Below, one piece after another: positions 1 through 10,017 of a stretch of 32,000 bases of DNA; the first letter of the stretch is position 1; every line of letters begins with the position of its first letter. Location of the stretch: NCBI RefSeq assembly GCF_009734345.1, contig NZ_CP032551.1, positions 510,001 through 542,000 on the forward strand. Reading direction: 5' to 3'. This stretch comes from Pseudidiomarina andamanensis. GTDB taxonomy: Bacteria; Pseudomonadota; Gammaproteobacteria; Enterobacterales; Alteromonadaceae. Position numbers and translations under genes: made by a program. The notes under the pieces were generated by a model. It had not been told where the DNA came from, made no database searches, and saw only the letters and a list, made by a program, of their open reading frames with translations.

Positions 1-1
1 G

Positions 2-814
2 TGGGAACAAGTACTTTATCAAGAGTCTAACCCAAGTGGTGAGGTGACTATTGGTTTCGTCGGTAAGTATATTGAATTACCAGATGCCTATAAGTCTGTG
101 AACGAAGCTTTAGCGCACGCCGGTTTAAAGAATCGTTTAACCGTCAATATTCGTTATATTGACGCGCAAGACGTTGAAACCAAAGGTGTGGCGAAACTTG
201 CGGATGTTGACGCGATTATCGTACCAGGTGGTTTTGGTGAACGCGGTATTCTCGGTAAGATTATGGCCGCTCAGTACGCTCGAGAAAACGGCATTCCTTA
301 TCTTGGCATCTGTTTGGGTATGCAGATTGCATTGATTGAATATGCGCGCAATGTTGCCGGCCTTAAAACTGCGAATAGCACTGAGTTTGATGCCAAAGCG
401 GAGCATCCAGTGGTTGGTCTGATTACTGAATGGATGGACGCGAAAGGTCAAAAAGAATTACGCGATTCAAGCTCAGATTTAGGCGGTACCATGCGTTTAG
501 GTGCGCAGCCATGTAACCTCGTGAAAGGAACCAAGGCGCGTGATTTATATGCGAAAGACGTGATTAAAGAGCGTCACCGTCACCGCTATGAAGTAAATGG
601 TCATTACATTGAACAATTGGAGCAAGCCGGCTTGAAAATTTCAGGCTGGTCGCATGATAATCGACTGGTCGAAATTATTGAGATTCCTGAACATCCATGG
701 TTTGTTGCTGCACAGTTCCATCCGGAATTCACCTCAACACCGCGTGATGGGCACCCATTGTTCCGTGGCTTTATTGAAGCCGCAGGTATTTATCAGAAAA
801 AGCGTCGCGCCTAA
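2..814 (+). CDS. pyrG: CTP synthase, C-terminal (glutamine amidotransferase) part; the 5' end lies upstream of the window
   Basis: The frame is open from the window edge (phase of nt 2) to TAA at 812-814. The translation ([21 protein letters not shown] ... GICLGMQ ... RHRHRYEVN ... [17 protein letters not shown]) is collinear with the C-terminal half of E. coli PyrG as I recall it. The GTG at 44 in the ORF track is an internal codon. Confidence 0.97.
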   Translation, partial: WEQVLYQESNPSGEVTIGFVGKYIELPDAYKSVNEALAHAGLKNRLTVNIRYIDAQDVETKGVAKLADVDAIIVPGGFGERGILGKIMAAQYARENGIPYLGICLGMQIALIEYARNVAGLKTANSTEFDAKAEHPVVGLITEWMDAKGQKELRDSSSDLGGTMRLGAQPCNLVKGTKARDLYAKDVIKERHRHRYEVNGHYIEQLEQAGLKISGWSHDNRLVEIIEIPEHPWFVAAQFHPEFTSTPRDGHPLFRGFIEAAGIYQKKRRA

Positions 815-839
815 GCGTCGCGTGTATTAACAGGAGTAG

Positions 840-2147
<1,308 letters not shown>

Positions 2148-2165
2148 GCTGAACTGGTCACTGTT

Positions 2166-2792
2166 GTGACACATCAAAGCGATATCTTTCAGCAGCTCAC
2201 ATCTACCTCAGCGGTGGGTGTGAGCTCTGCTGTATTTGCAGAACTGTGTATGGCGTTGTATGAGCGTGAGCTGAAACAACTATCACAACAAGCACAAGTT
2301 TCGATGTCGCTGCTGCAACGGCGTTTACAAAGTCTGCCATATCACGTTAAGAACGCCGCACGAGGCATGTTGGAAAGTGATGCGCCGTATACGCTGGATG
2401 TACAAAATGCGAGTTGGCAGTCATCACAAAAACGGCAACTCAGTGTGAGTGCAACGCAGCCAAGTAAATTACAACGTTGGTTGACACATTCGGCACGACT
2501 CGGCGATACCGTTCCTATCTTTGATTTTCGTCTTCCTATTCAGCAAGCCCGCTTAGATTCCATTGACCGCATCGACAAAGAGCAACAGCGTGTGCACTGT
2601 AACATGCACGGTTGGTTTTCATTTCAAGGCGAATGCTTAGAGGCGGAAGGGGAGAAGCTAAGACTATTGCGTCCAGATCATGCCAATTTAGCACCAGCGT
2701 TTTGTGGTCATCAATGGAATCATAAAGGCCGCATCGACCCACGTACGTTATCTTTGCGCGAAGTGTTGTTGGCAACTACGGTAACGTTTTAA
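2166..2792 (+). CDS. Hypothetical protein with no family recognised; start codon uncertain
   Basis: A 208-codon open frame starts 19 nt after the eno stop. That is long for a chance ORF in moderately AT-rich DNA. I recognise no motifs. A Cys/His-containing C-terminal part is present (HCNMHGWFSFQGEC ... FCGHQWNH). The annotated GTG start has no obvious Shine-Dalgarno and sits in the 3' arm of a small hairpin (GTCAC-TGTT-GTGAC, 2157-2170). In-frame ATGs at 2250 and 2304 are alternative starts. Confidence 0.55.
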   Translation: MTHQSDIFQQLTSTSAVGVSSAVFAELCMALYERELKQLSQQAQVSMSLLQRRLQSLPYHVKNAARGMLESDAPYTLDVQNASWQSSQKRQLSVSATQPSKLQRWLTHSARLGDTVPIFDFRLPIQQARLDSIDRIDKEQQRVHCNMHGWFSFQGECLEAEGEKLRLLRPDHANLAPAFCGHQWNHKGRIDPRTLSLREVLLATTVTF

Positions 2793-3514
2793 GCGTTCCA
2801 GGCGCCAGCAAATGCGATTGCTCCTGCAACCATTACTAATAATAGACTGAGCTTACGAAAGAGTTGTTCAGACAGCTTGTCACTAATTTTGTGCCCCAAC
2901 CACGCGCCGCTTATAGCGCCAATCAACAGACAAATGACAATAGGGATATGAGCTGTTTCGTAGCGTTGCTGAAAGCTGAAAGACACAATATTGGTTAACG
3001 CCAACACCCAAAAGAAAATAGTCAATGTGGCGCGAAATGCGATTCGGTCAAGACCATTACCGGTCAAAAACAATACCACAGGTGGGCCTCCAAGGGTCAA
3101 TGCGCCGTTACTAAAACCTGCCAAAAGTCCCGTTATACCTTGCAATCCATCTGTACTGCGGTGTTTTAGTTGCACACCAAACCAAAATAGCAATGCGACA
3201 GCGATGACCATAATCGCCATACCCATCTGCAGCCAATCGAGGCGAATATGATTGAGTAACCAATTGCCAGCAAGCGTACCGATAATCCCAGTTACCAATA
3301 GCCATCGCCATTGACGAACTTGCACCGCGTGACGCAGCATCCATGCAAGGTACGTCGCCATGGCGAAATTAATAATCGACAAAGTCGGCGTAATAACACT
3401 CAGTGGTAACAGCAAGGTGAGAAGCGGCACCGCTATAAGTCCAGAGCCAAATCCAGTGATACCTTGAAGGCATGCACCAACGAAAATAATCAAAGTGATC
3501 AATATGTAATCCAT
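2789..3514 (-). CDS. TauE/SafE (DUF81) family anion/sulfite exporter-type membrane permease
   Basis: 241 aa and very hydrophobic throughout. The N-terminal signature ...GACLQGITGFGSGLIAVPLL... and a repeated C-terminal half (GFSNGALTLGGPPVVLFL) are typical of TauE/SafE proteins. The start is ATG. Confidence 0.8.
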   Translation of the reverse strand: MDYILITLIIFVGACLQGITGFGSGLIAVPLLTLLLPLSVITPTLSIINFAMATYLAWMLRHAVQVRQWRWLLVTGIIGTLAGNWLLNHIRLDWLQMGMAIMVIAVALLFWFGVQLKHRSTDGLQGITGLLAGFSNGALTLGGPPVVLFLTGNGLDRIAFRATLTIFFWVLALTNIVSFSFQQRYETAHIPIVICLLIGAISGAWLGHKISDKLSEQLFRKLSLLLVMVAGAIAFAGAWNA

Positions 3515-3538
3515 AAAAAATACGCTCTCGATTAATCG

Positions 3539-3567
3539 TTGGGCTTTATGACAAAGGTCGATATACT
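3539..3567 (+). promoter_or_regulatory. Candidate sigma-70 promoter for the ftsB-ispDF... string
   Basis: TTGGGC (3539-3544), a 17-nt spacer, then TATACT (3562-3567), about 55 nt upstream of the ftsB ATG. Pattern match only. Confidence 0.35.
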
Positions 3568-3621
3568 AGCAGTACTGCTGCATTAATTTATAATAACGAA
3601 CAACAGCAAGTGGGGACAGCT

Positions 3622-3909
3622 ATGCGACTATTGAAACTCATCTTTATTGTTGCCTTGTGTGCGCTTCAATATCGGCTGTGGTTCGGTAAAAACAGCTTAC
3701 CAGATTATTGGCACTTGCAGTCAGACGTGGTGCGACAAGCGGAAACCAATACACGTTTAATGCAGCGAAACCAAGTACTAGCGGCCGATATTGACGATTT
3801 GCGTGAAGGACAAGTTGCGCTAGAAGAGCGTGCACGTAACGAACTTGGCTTAATTAAACGGCACGAAACGTTTTTCCGCATTGTACCAGTAAAACAAACA
3901 ACAAATTAA
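3622..3909 (+). CDS. ftsB: Cell division protein FtsB
   Basis: MRLLKLIFIVALCALQYRLWFGKNS...LEERARNELGLIK...FFRIV aligns with E. coli FtsB (LQYSLWFGKNG ... ALEERARNELSMV). I prefer the ATG at 3622, which has GGGGA 6 nt upstream, over the GTG at 3610 in the ORF track. It sits immediately upstream of ispD, as in E. coli. Confidence 0.9.
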   Translation: MRLLKLIFIVALCALQYRLWFGKNSLPDYWHLQSDVVRQAETNTRLMQRNQVLAADIDDLREGQVALEERARNELGLIKRHETFFRIVPVKQTTN

Positions 3910-3914
3910 TCGAC

Positions 3915-4625
3915 ATGATGCAAAACCAGATTCGGGTTGCCGCAGTAATTCCCGCTGCCGGTATCGGCAGTCGCATGGCCTTGGCCGAGCCAAAACAATA
4001 TCTTCGAATTGCCGGTAAAACGGTTCTTGAGCATAGTGTCGCCGCCGTAGCTGCCGATGCTCGTGTTGCGGCTATTTATATTGCGGTAGCTTCCAATGAT
4101 CAACGAGTACAAGCGTTAGATTTTGATTCAAAGTGTCCCGTTTACTTGGTTGCTGGTGGTGCGACTCGCGCAGCATCCGTACTTGCAGGCGTTGCAGCCG
4201 CGCAAGCTGATGGTTTTGATGTGGTGGTGGTGCACGATGCTGCGCGTCCTTGTTTGCAGCCTGCAGAACTTAAAGCGGTAATAGATTCTGGTATGACACA
4301 TGCTGATGGTGCGATTCTTGCGCTTCCGGTGGCTGATACCATAAAGCAAGCACAAACGTTAGCAACTGACACCATTGCTAACAGTGTACCGCGCGACGGA
4401 TTATGGCGCGCATTAACACCACAAGTTTTCCGCACCAAGCGGCTGGTGGATGCGTTAACCCAACTAGGCGTTGAGAATACGGCAATTACCGATGAAGCCT
4501 CAGCTATTGAACTAACCGGAGGGCATCCGAAGCTAGTGCTGGGGCAGCAAACCAATATTAAAATTACGCAGCCAGGCGATGAGCAGTTGGCCGCCACGTT
4601 TATTGCCATGATGGCAAAGGAGTAA
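3915..4625 (+). CDS. ispD: 2-C-methyl-D-erythritol 4-phosphate cytidylyltransferase
   Basis: 236 aa. The N-terminal motif is [12 protein letters not shown]. ftsB-ispD-ispF synteny is conserved. Confidence 0.93.
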   Translation: MMQNQIRVAAVIPAAGIGSRMALAEPKQYLRIAGKTVLEHSVAAVAADARVAAIYIAVASNDQRVQALDFDSKCPVYLVAGGATRAASVLAGVAAAQADGFDVVVVHDAARPCLQPAELKAVIDSGMTHADGAILALPVADTIKQAQTLATDTIANSVPRDGLWRALTPQVFRTKRLVDALTQLGVENTAITDEASAIELTGGHPKLVLGQQTNIKITQPGDEQLAATFIAMMAKE

Positions 4626-4627
4626 GT

Positions 4628-5113
4628 ATGCGAATAGGGCACGGTTACGATGTGCATAAATTCGGTGGAGAAGGGCCACTCACGCTTGGTGGAATTCAAG
4701 TACCATACGAGCAAGGATTGATTGCACATTCTGATGGCGACGTCATATTGCACGCCGTTGCCGATGCATTGCTAGGTGCTGTGGCTTTAGGCGACATCGG
4801 TCAACATTTTCCAGATACCGATGCACAATATGCGGGTGCCGACAGCGGTCAGTTGTTGCAACACGTTTATCAGCTTGTTCAGCAGCAGGGTTTCGAATTA
4901 GGTAATCTTGACGTGACCGTGGTTGCTCAAGTACCTAAGCTTGCACCTCACATTATTGCCATGCGAGAACGTATTGCTGCACTGCTAGCGGCAGATGTCA
5001 CGCACATTAATGTGAAGGCCACCACCACTGAAAAGCTCGGGTTTGTTGGGCGTAAAGAAGGCATCGCCTGTCATGCTGTGGTGCTATTGATGCCGAGTGT
5101 TTCCCGTGACTGA
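4628..5113 (+). CDS. ispF: 2-C-methyl-D-erythritol 2,4-cyclodiphosphate synthase
   Basis: 161 aa. [12 protein letters not shown]...HSDGDV..HA..DA is the canonical IspF metal-binding N-terminus. GGAG lies upstream, and the start is 2 nt after the ispD stop. Confidence 0.96.
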   Translation: MRIGHGYDVHKFGGEGPLTLGGIQVPYEQGLIAHSDGDVILHAVADALLGAVALGDIGQHFPDTDAQYAGADSGQLLQHVYQLVQQQGFELGNLDVTVVAQVPKLAPHIIAMRERIAALLAADVTHINVKATTTEKLGFVGRKEGIACHAVVLLMPSVSRD

Positions 5114-6203
5114 AGCCTACTTACATGGAATGCCGCCGTGTCGCGGACAATTTAAAGCCTCCGCTGATGATTTTCAGGTAACCGAGCAGCTCGAGTTACC
5201 AGTTACTGATGAAAGCCAACAAGTTGGTGAACATCAATGGTTATGGGTTAAGAAACTAGGTGCGAATACAGCCTTTGTTGCCGGGCAATTAGCAAAATTC
5301 GCGGGTGTCAAAGAGCGCGATGTGAGTTTCTCTGGTTTGAAAGATCGCCATGCGGTGACCTACCAATGGTTTTCGGTACAGTTGCCGGGGCAAGCTTTGT
5401 TACCTTGGGAAACTCTTGAACATCCTGAGTTCTCAGTCGAGAAAGCAGCTCTACAACCGAAGAAACTGAAAACTGGAACGCACCGAGCGAATCATTTCGT
5501 ATTAAAAATTCGACAAATTGATGATGTGGAAGCATTCAATCAACGCTGGTTACAAATAGTCGAGCAGGGCGTCCCTAACTATTTTGGTGCACAACGTTTT
5601 GGTCACAATGGTCAGAACATTGAACAGGCCAAACGCTGGTTTGCTGGGCAACTCAAAAGGCGACTGAATCGTAATCAAATCGGTTTGTATTTATCAGCAG
5701 CCCGTTCGTTTTTATTCAATCAAGTGGTTAGTGAACGTATATCGCAACAACGTTTAACACCTGAACTTGGCGACGCTGTGATGTTGCAAGGCAGCCAATC
5801 GTTTTTTGTAGTGGATACCCTAGATGCAAGTTTACTTGAGCGCTATTCGCAGGGTGATATCATGTTGACGGCACCGTTGCCGGGTAACGATAAATGGGCA
5901 AGTACTGAGGCTATCGCTGAATTAGAACAGTCAATTTGTCAGCAGTATCCAGAGTTAATGGAAGGTTTAGCGAAACAACGTATTGACCATGCCCGTCGGC
6001 CATTGCTACTGAAATTACAAAGCCCGCAATTGCGCTGGTTAACCGATGATTGTGCGGAACTCGAGTTTTCATTGCCACGTGGTAGTTTTGCGACAAGCGT
6101 ATTACGTGAACTGATGCAAGATGCAATGAGTACTCCAAATAGCAACCCGAATAGTGAACCAAACCAAGGTAATCAAGCTCATGATGAAGTTGTTAGTCAG
6201 TAA
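5097..6203 (+). CDS. truD: tRNA pseudouridine(13) synthase TruD
   Basis: Collinear with E. coli TruD ([36 protein letters not shown]). The start is GTG at 5097 or the in-frame GTG at 5106; both overlap the ispF stop. Confidence 0.92.
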   Translation: MFPVTEAYLHGMPPCRGQFKASADDFQVTEQLELPVTDESQQVGEHQWLWVKKLGANTAFVAGQLAKFAGVKERDVSFSGLKDRHAVTYQWFSVQLPGQALLPWETLEHPEFSVEKAALQPKKLKTGTHRANHFVLKIRQIDDVEAFNQRWLQIVEQGVPNYFGAQRFGHNGQNIEQAKRWFAGQLKRRLNRNQIGLYLSAARSFLFNQVVSERISQQRLTPELGDAVMLQGSQSFFVVDTLDASLLERYSQGDIMLTAPLPGNDKWASTEAIAELEQSICQQYPELMEGLAKQRIDHARRPLLLKLQSPQLRWLTDDCAELEFSLPRGSFATSVLRELMQDAMSTPNSNPNSEPNQGNQAHDEVVSQ

Positions 6204-6936
6204 CGACGACGGCGTTCATGCCCCAGGCATTGAAGCCCTATATCTGCGTTTAAAAGACATTGCTCAAGTACGCGTGATAGCCCCCGATCGTAATTGCAGT
6301 GGCGCCAGTAACTCGTTAACGCTGCACAATCCATTGCGAATGCAACGGTTACCAAATGGTTTCTATTCACTTAACGGTACGCCAACTGACTGCGTTCACT
6401 TAGGTACCAATTCGCCATTGGCTGATGATGTTGATCTGGTCGTTTCTGGTATTAACGATGGCCCTAACATGGGCGACGACGTTTTGTACTCAGGCACTGT
6501 AGCTGCAGCAATGGAAGGCCGTTTTATGGGGTTGCCAGCGATTGCGGTTTCAATGGGGTCACGTAGTGATGAGTTTTACGATACTGCAGCACAAGTTGTC
6601 GCCAATATCGTAAGCCGCATGGCAGAGCAACCACTGCGTTTGGATACCATTTTGAACATCAATGTACCCGCAGTTCCGTTTGATGAACTGAAAGGCTATA
6701 AAGTGACGCGCTTAGGGCGCCGTCATCGAGCAGAAACCATGGTACAAAGCAAAGACCCATTTGGTCGCGATATATTTTGGTATGGGCCTATTGGTGGTCA
6801 TCAAGATGATGCCGAGGGAACCGATTTTCACGCTGTGCGCGAGGGTTATGTCTCAATAACACCATTGAGCTTGGATATGACGGCTCGTAGTCATCAAGAT
6901 ACCCTGTCAAACTGGTTAACGAAAACGACAACATGA
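6181..6936 (+). CDS. surE: 5'/3'-nucleotidase SurE
   Basis: [17 protein letters not shown]...[15 protein letters not shown]...GTPTDCV...[25 protein letters not shown] is collinear with E. coli SurE, which begins MRILLSNDDG. The start is ATG at 6181 or 6184 rather than the ORF-track 6154. It overlaps the truD 3' end. Confidence 0.95.
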   Translation: MMKLLVSNDDGVHAPGIEALYLRLKDIAQVRVIAPDRNCSGASNSLTLHNPLRMQRLPNGFYSLNGTPTDCVHLGTNSPLADDVDLVVSGINDGPNMGDDVLYSGTVAAAMEGRFMGLPAIAVSMGSRSDEFYDTAAQVVANIVSRMAEQPLRLDTILNINVPAVPFDELKGYKVTRLGRRHRAETMVQSKDPFGRDIFWYGPIGGHQDDAEGTDFHAVREGYVSITPLSLDMTARSHQDTLSNWLTKTTT

Positions 6937-7568
6937 TTCAAAACTTTCAAGGTATGGCGCGCAAATTAGCTGATAAGTTGCGCGCAGAAGGTATTACCAA
7001 TACCGCTGTATTAGATGTCATTCGAACGACACCTCGGCATTTATTCATGCCGGAATCATTAGCCCATAAGGCCTATGAAAATACCGCACTGCCCATTGGT
7101 CAAGGACAAACCATTTCACAACCGTTGATGGTTGCTTCAATGACCCAATTATTGATGCAACACGACTGTCAAAAAGTGTTAGAAATTGGTACAGGTAGTG
7201 GCTATCAAACAGCAATTTTGGCACAGTTAGTCAATCATGTTTATTCAGTTGAACGAATTGCTGAACTGCAATATCAAGCCAAGCGACGATTAAAGAAGTT
7301 GGATCTACACAATGTATCCATGCGCCATGGCGACGGTTGGCAGGGCTGGCCAAGTAAAGCCCCATTCGACGGAATTATTGTCACTGCGGCGGCAAGTTCG
7401 ATGCCAATGGCATTGTTACAGCAACTCACCGACGGTGGTGTGATGGTCATCCCAGTAGGCACCACCATACAACGACTCATTGTCGTGCGTCGTTTTGGTG
7501 ACGAATTTGAACAAAAGGAATTGGGCGAAGTGAAATTTGTACCGTTAGTACCAGGGGCAACCATATGA
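6933..7568 (+). CDS. pcm: Protein-L-isoaspartate O-methyltransferase
   Basis: 211 aa with the SAM-binding motif [17 protein letters not shown] overlap with the surE stop. surE-pcm synteny is conserved. Confidence 0.95.
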   Translation: MIQNFQGMARKLADKLRAEGITNTAVLDVIRTTPRHLFMPESLAHKAYENTALPIGQGQTISQPLMVASMTQLLMQHDCQKVLEIGTGSGYQTAILAQLVNHVYSVERIAELQYQAKRRLKKLDLHNVSMRHGDGWQGWPSKAPFDGIIVTAAASSMPMALLQQLTDGGVMVIPVGTTIQRLIVVRRFGDEFEQKELGEVKFVPLVPGATI

Positions 7569-8143
7569 AAATTTTTGGTTGGCTCTACGATAAAGTTTTG
7601 AGTTGGTCTCAGCATCGTCGCGCTCCAGCTATCCTTGCTGGATTAAGTTTTTCTGAGTCGGTTATTTTTCCAATTCCACCAGATGTCATGCTAGCGCCGA
7701 TGGCGATGACGCAGCCGCAAAGAGCATGGCAGTTCGCATGGATCACAACCGTAGCCTCGGTTCTCGGTGGTATCACTGGTTATTGGCTCGGGTATTTCTT
7801 ATTTGATCCTGTCGTGATCCCGTTGGTGGAATGGGCGGGCTATGAGGATAAGTTAGTGCGTGTTACCGATTGGTTTCATGCTTATGGCTTTTGGATTATT
7901 TTCATTGCTGGATTCTCGCCACTACCGTATAAATTGTTCACAGTAACAGGTGGGATGTTAAGTGTGGCATTCGTCCCATTCGTTATGGGCTCGGTCATCA
8001 GTCGTGGCTTACGTTTTTTTCTAGTCGCTTGGTTGCTGAAAACTGGAGGCCCCAAAATGGCCGTACATCTGCGTACCTATGTTGACCGGATTGGTTGGGG
8101 GATGGTGATTTTAGCCATCATTGCCTATGTGTGGACGCGTTAA
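7565..8143 (+). CDS. YqaA-like inner-membrane protein (DedA/SNARE-associated superfamily)
   Basis: 192 aa with several predicted TM segments and an [13 protein letters not shown]-type motif typical of YqaA/DedA-family proteins. ATGA overlap with the pcm stop. The family assignment is from memory of the motif only. Confidence 0.6.
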   Translation: MKIFGWLYDKVLSWSQHRRAPAILAGLSFSESVIFPIPPDVMLAPMAMTQPQRAWQFAWITTVASVLGGITGYWLGYFLFDPVVIPLVEWAGYEDKLVRVTDWFHAYGFWIIFIAGFSPLPYKLFTVTGGMLSVAFVPFVMGSVISRGLRFFLVAWLLKTGGPKMAVHLRTYVDRIGWGMVILAIIAYVWTR

Positions 8144-8987
8144 ACAGCTCATTGTACTGAACACAGCGCTACTTCTTTTAGTGCTAGGTGGCTGTGCCCA
8201 GCGTACAGAACCCGCGCCGGTTACCCGATTGTATAAGGGTAAAACTATCCACGACTTTGAACCTGCTAGCTTATCGGCAGCTTCTTACATTGTTGAGCAG
8301 GGCGATACGCTTTATTCCATTGCCTTTCGTGCCAACGAAGATGTTCGCACGCTGGCTCGCTGGAACAATATTGATGCCCCCTATACGATTGTGCCAGGAC
8401 AGAAATTACGTTTAACAGCAACAACTTCCAGAACCGCGCCGGTGAAACCAAAAGCTCAATCACAAACCGTTGCGTCAGCACCAAAGAAAGAGTATCGTGA
8501 ACAACAGGTTAAACAAAATAAAAGCAAACCGTTAACAGTAAAGCAACAGAATAAGCCAGCTCGGACGCTACCACCGCGTAAAACAGAACCTCCACTTCCG
8601 GCAAGTAAAGATATTATTTGGCAGTGGCCCACAGGCGGACGTGTATTGAAAGAGTTTTCGACTGCGGAAACGGGAACGAAAGGTTTGGATATTGCCGGTT
8701 CGCGCGGTGATCCGATTTATGCGGCGGCGGCTGGAAAAGTGGTTTATGCAGGGAATGCATTAAAAGGTTACGGTCAGTTAATCATTTTGAAACACAATGA
8801 TGACTATATTACGGCTTATGCACATAACCAGCAGTTATTAGTAAAAGAACAACAATGGGTCAATAAAGGCGACGAAATCGCCGCTATGGGTGATACCGAT
8901 GCAGAACGCGTTAAGCTGCACTTTCAAGTGAGATTTCGCGGGAAGTCGGTCAACCCACGGCATTATTTGCCTCGGGGGACACAATGA
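8121..8987 (+). CDS. nlpD: Murein hydrolase activator lipoprotein NlpD (LysM plus degenerate LytM/M23 domain)
   Basis: Lipoprotein signal (LLLLVLGGC). LysM segment [29 protein letters not shown]...PGQKLRL. Pro/Lys/Gln-rich linker. C-terminal M23-like domain whose zinc-ligand positions are degenerate (GLDIAG, KLHFQVR), as in E. coli NlpD. The start is TTG at 8121 or ATG at 8127. It lies directly upstream of rpoS. Confidence 0.9.
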   Translation: MPMCGRVKQLIVLNTALLLLVLGGCAQRTEPAPVTRLYKGKTIHDFEPASLSAASYIVEQGDTLYSIAFRANEDVRTLARWNNIDAPYTIVPGQKLRLTATTSRTAPVKPKAQSQTVASAPKKEYREQQVKQNKSKPLTVKQQNKPARTLPPRKTEPPLPASKDIIWQWPTGGRVLKEFSTAETGTKGLDIAGSRGDPIYAAAAGKVVYAGNALKGYGQLIILKHNDDYITAYAHNQQLLVKEQQWVNKGDEIAAMGDTDAERVKLHFQVRFRGKSVNPRHYLPRGTQ

Positions 8988-9952
8988 GTCGAGATCAGGA
9001 AGACATAGACGAAGTTGACGAGCAAGAGCTGTTGTCAATGGAGCAATCTGCTCCTGATGATAGTGATGAGGCGTTTGAAGAAATACTGGCGAATCGTGTC
9101 AATTACCAGAAGAAAATGGACGCGACGCAGCTGTATTTGAGTGAAATTGGCTATTCACCGCTATTAAGCGCGGAAGAGGAGGTTCATTTTTCGCGCTTGG
9201 CGCGTAAAGGTGATGCGAAAGCACGCGCTCGGATGATTGAAAGTAACCTTCGCCTGGTTGTCAAAATTGCTCGTCGTTATACCAATCGCGGATTAGCTTT
9301 GCTCGATTTAGTCGAAGAGGGTAATCTCGGTTTAATTCGCGCGGTTGAGAAATTTGATCCTGAGCGAGGGTTTCGATTTTCTACTTACGCGACGTGGTGG
9401 ATTCGTCAAACCATCGAACGCGCCATCATGAATCAAACACGTACCATTCGCCTACCAATTCATGTTGTTAAAGAACTTAATAGTTATTTAAGAGCCGCAC
9501 GAGAGCTCGCGCATACACTCGATCACGAACCTACCGCTGAAGATATTGCCGAAAAGCTGGATGTGTCTGTTGCTGATGTCAGCCGTATGTTGCGCCTGAA
9601 CGAGCGTGTCACCTCGGTCGATACGCCAATGGGCGGCAGTGACAACGACAAAACACTAGTCGATATGCTTACGGATGATAACGACTATGGCCCTGAAGGC
9701 GACATGCAAGAAGAGGATGTGCGCGATCACATCATGACTTGGCTGGAAAACTTAAACGAAAAGCAACGTGAAGTATTAGCGCGTCGATTTGGTTTGTTAG
9801 GTTATGAACCCGCCACTTTGGAAGATGTTGGACGTGAAATTGGTCTGACTCGTGAACGGGTTCGCCAAATACAGGTTGAAGCCTTACGACGCTTACGCGA
9901 TATGCTCAGACAACAAGGGTTGAGTCTCGATTCGTTGTTCCATCGCGACTAG
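8984..9952 (+). CDS. rpoS: RNA polymerase sigma factor RpoS (sigma-38)
   Basis: 322 aa with an acidic N-terminus. [41 protein letters not shown] (region 2.4) and [28 protein letters not shown] (region 4.2) are collinear with E. coli RpoS. The ATG overlaps the nlpD stop (ATGA), with GGGGGA 5 nt upstream. Confidence 0.95.
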   Translation: MSRDQEDIDEVDEQELLSMEQSAPDDSDEAFEEILANRVNYQKKMDATQLYLSEIGYSPLLSAEEEVHFSRLARKGDAKARARMIESNLRLVVKIARRYTNRGLALLDLVEEGNLGLIRAVEKFDPERGFRFSTYATWWIRQTIERAIMNQTRTIRLPIHVVKELNSYLRAARELAHTLDHEPTAEDIAEKLDVSVADVSRMLRLNERVTSVDTPMGGSDNDKTLVDMLTDDNDYGPEGDMQEEDVRDHIMTWLENLNEKQREVLARRFGLLGYEPATLEDVGREIGLTRERVRQIQVEALRRLRDMLRQQGLSLDSLFHRD

Positions 9953-9981
9953 ATCATCATTCGTTCGTTGGTAGAGAATTC

Positions 9982-10017
9982 AATGCGCACTCGCTTACTT
10001 GCTTGTGCGCATTTTTT
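9982..10017 (+). terminator. Probable rho-independent terminator of rpoS; it overlaps the 3' end of convergent mutS
   Basis: A 9-bp stem AATGCGCAC (9982-9990) / GTGCGCATT (10005-10013), a 14-nt loop, and a T-run 10012-10017. The loop is larger than ideal. Confidence 0.5.

Noticed and set aside
4142-4753. A 203-aa ORF antisense to ispD/ispF. Similar long antisense ORFs occur at 1688-2101 (eno), 7274-7615 (pcm), 10476-10820 (mutS), 13353-13787 and 13714-14127 (recA), and 29807-30205 and 30018-30365 (hppD).
   Set aside because: Each lies entirely inside a strongly conserved, confidently identified gene on the other strand. Their translations are low-complexity (Ser/Ala/Cys/Thr-rich) with no recognisable motifs or ribosome-binding sites. 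These are typical shadow ORFs.
8984-8987. The nlpD stop / rpoS start ATGA overlap as an unusual loss of the rpoS leader.
   Set aside because: In E. coli the rpoS leader is also largely nlpD coding sequence, transcribed from a promoter inside nlpD. The overlap here fits the general compaction of this ftsB-to-rpoS gene string (ATGA or short overlaps at nearly every junction). It is not evidence of anything new without transcript data.
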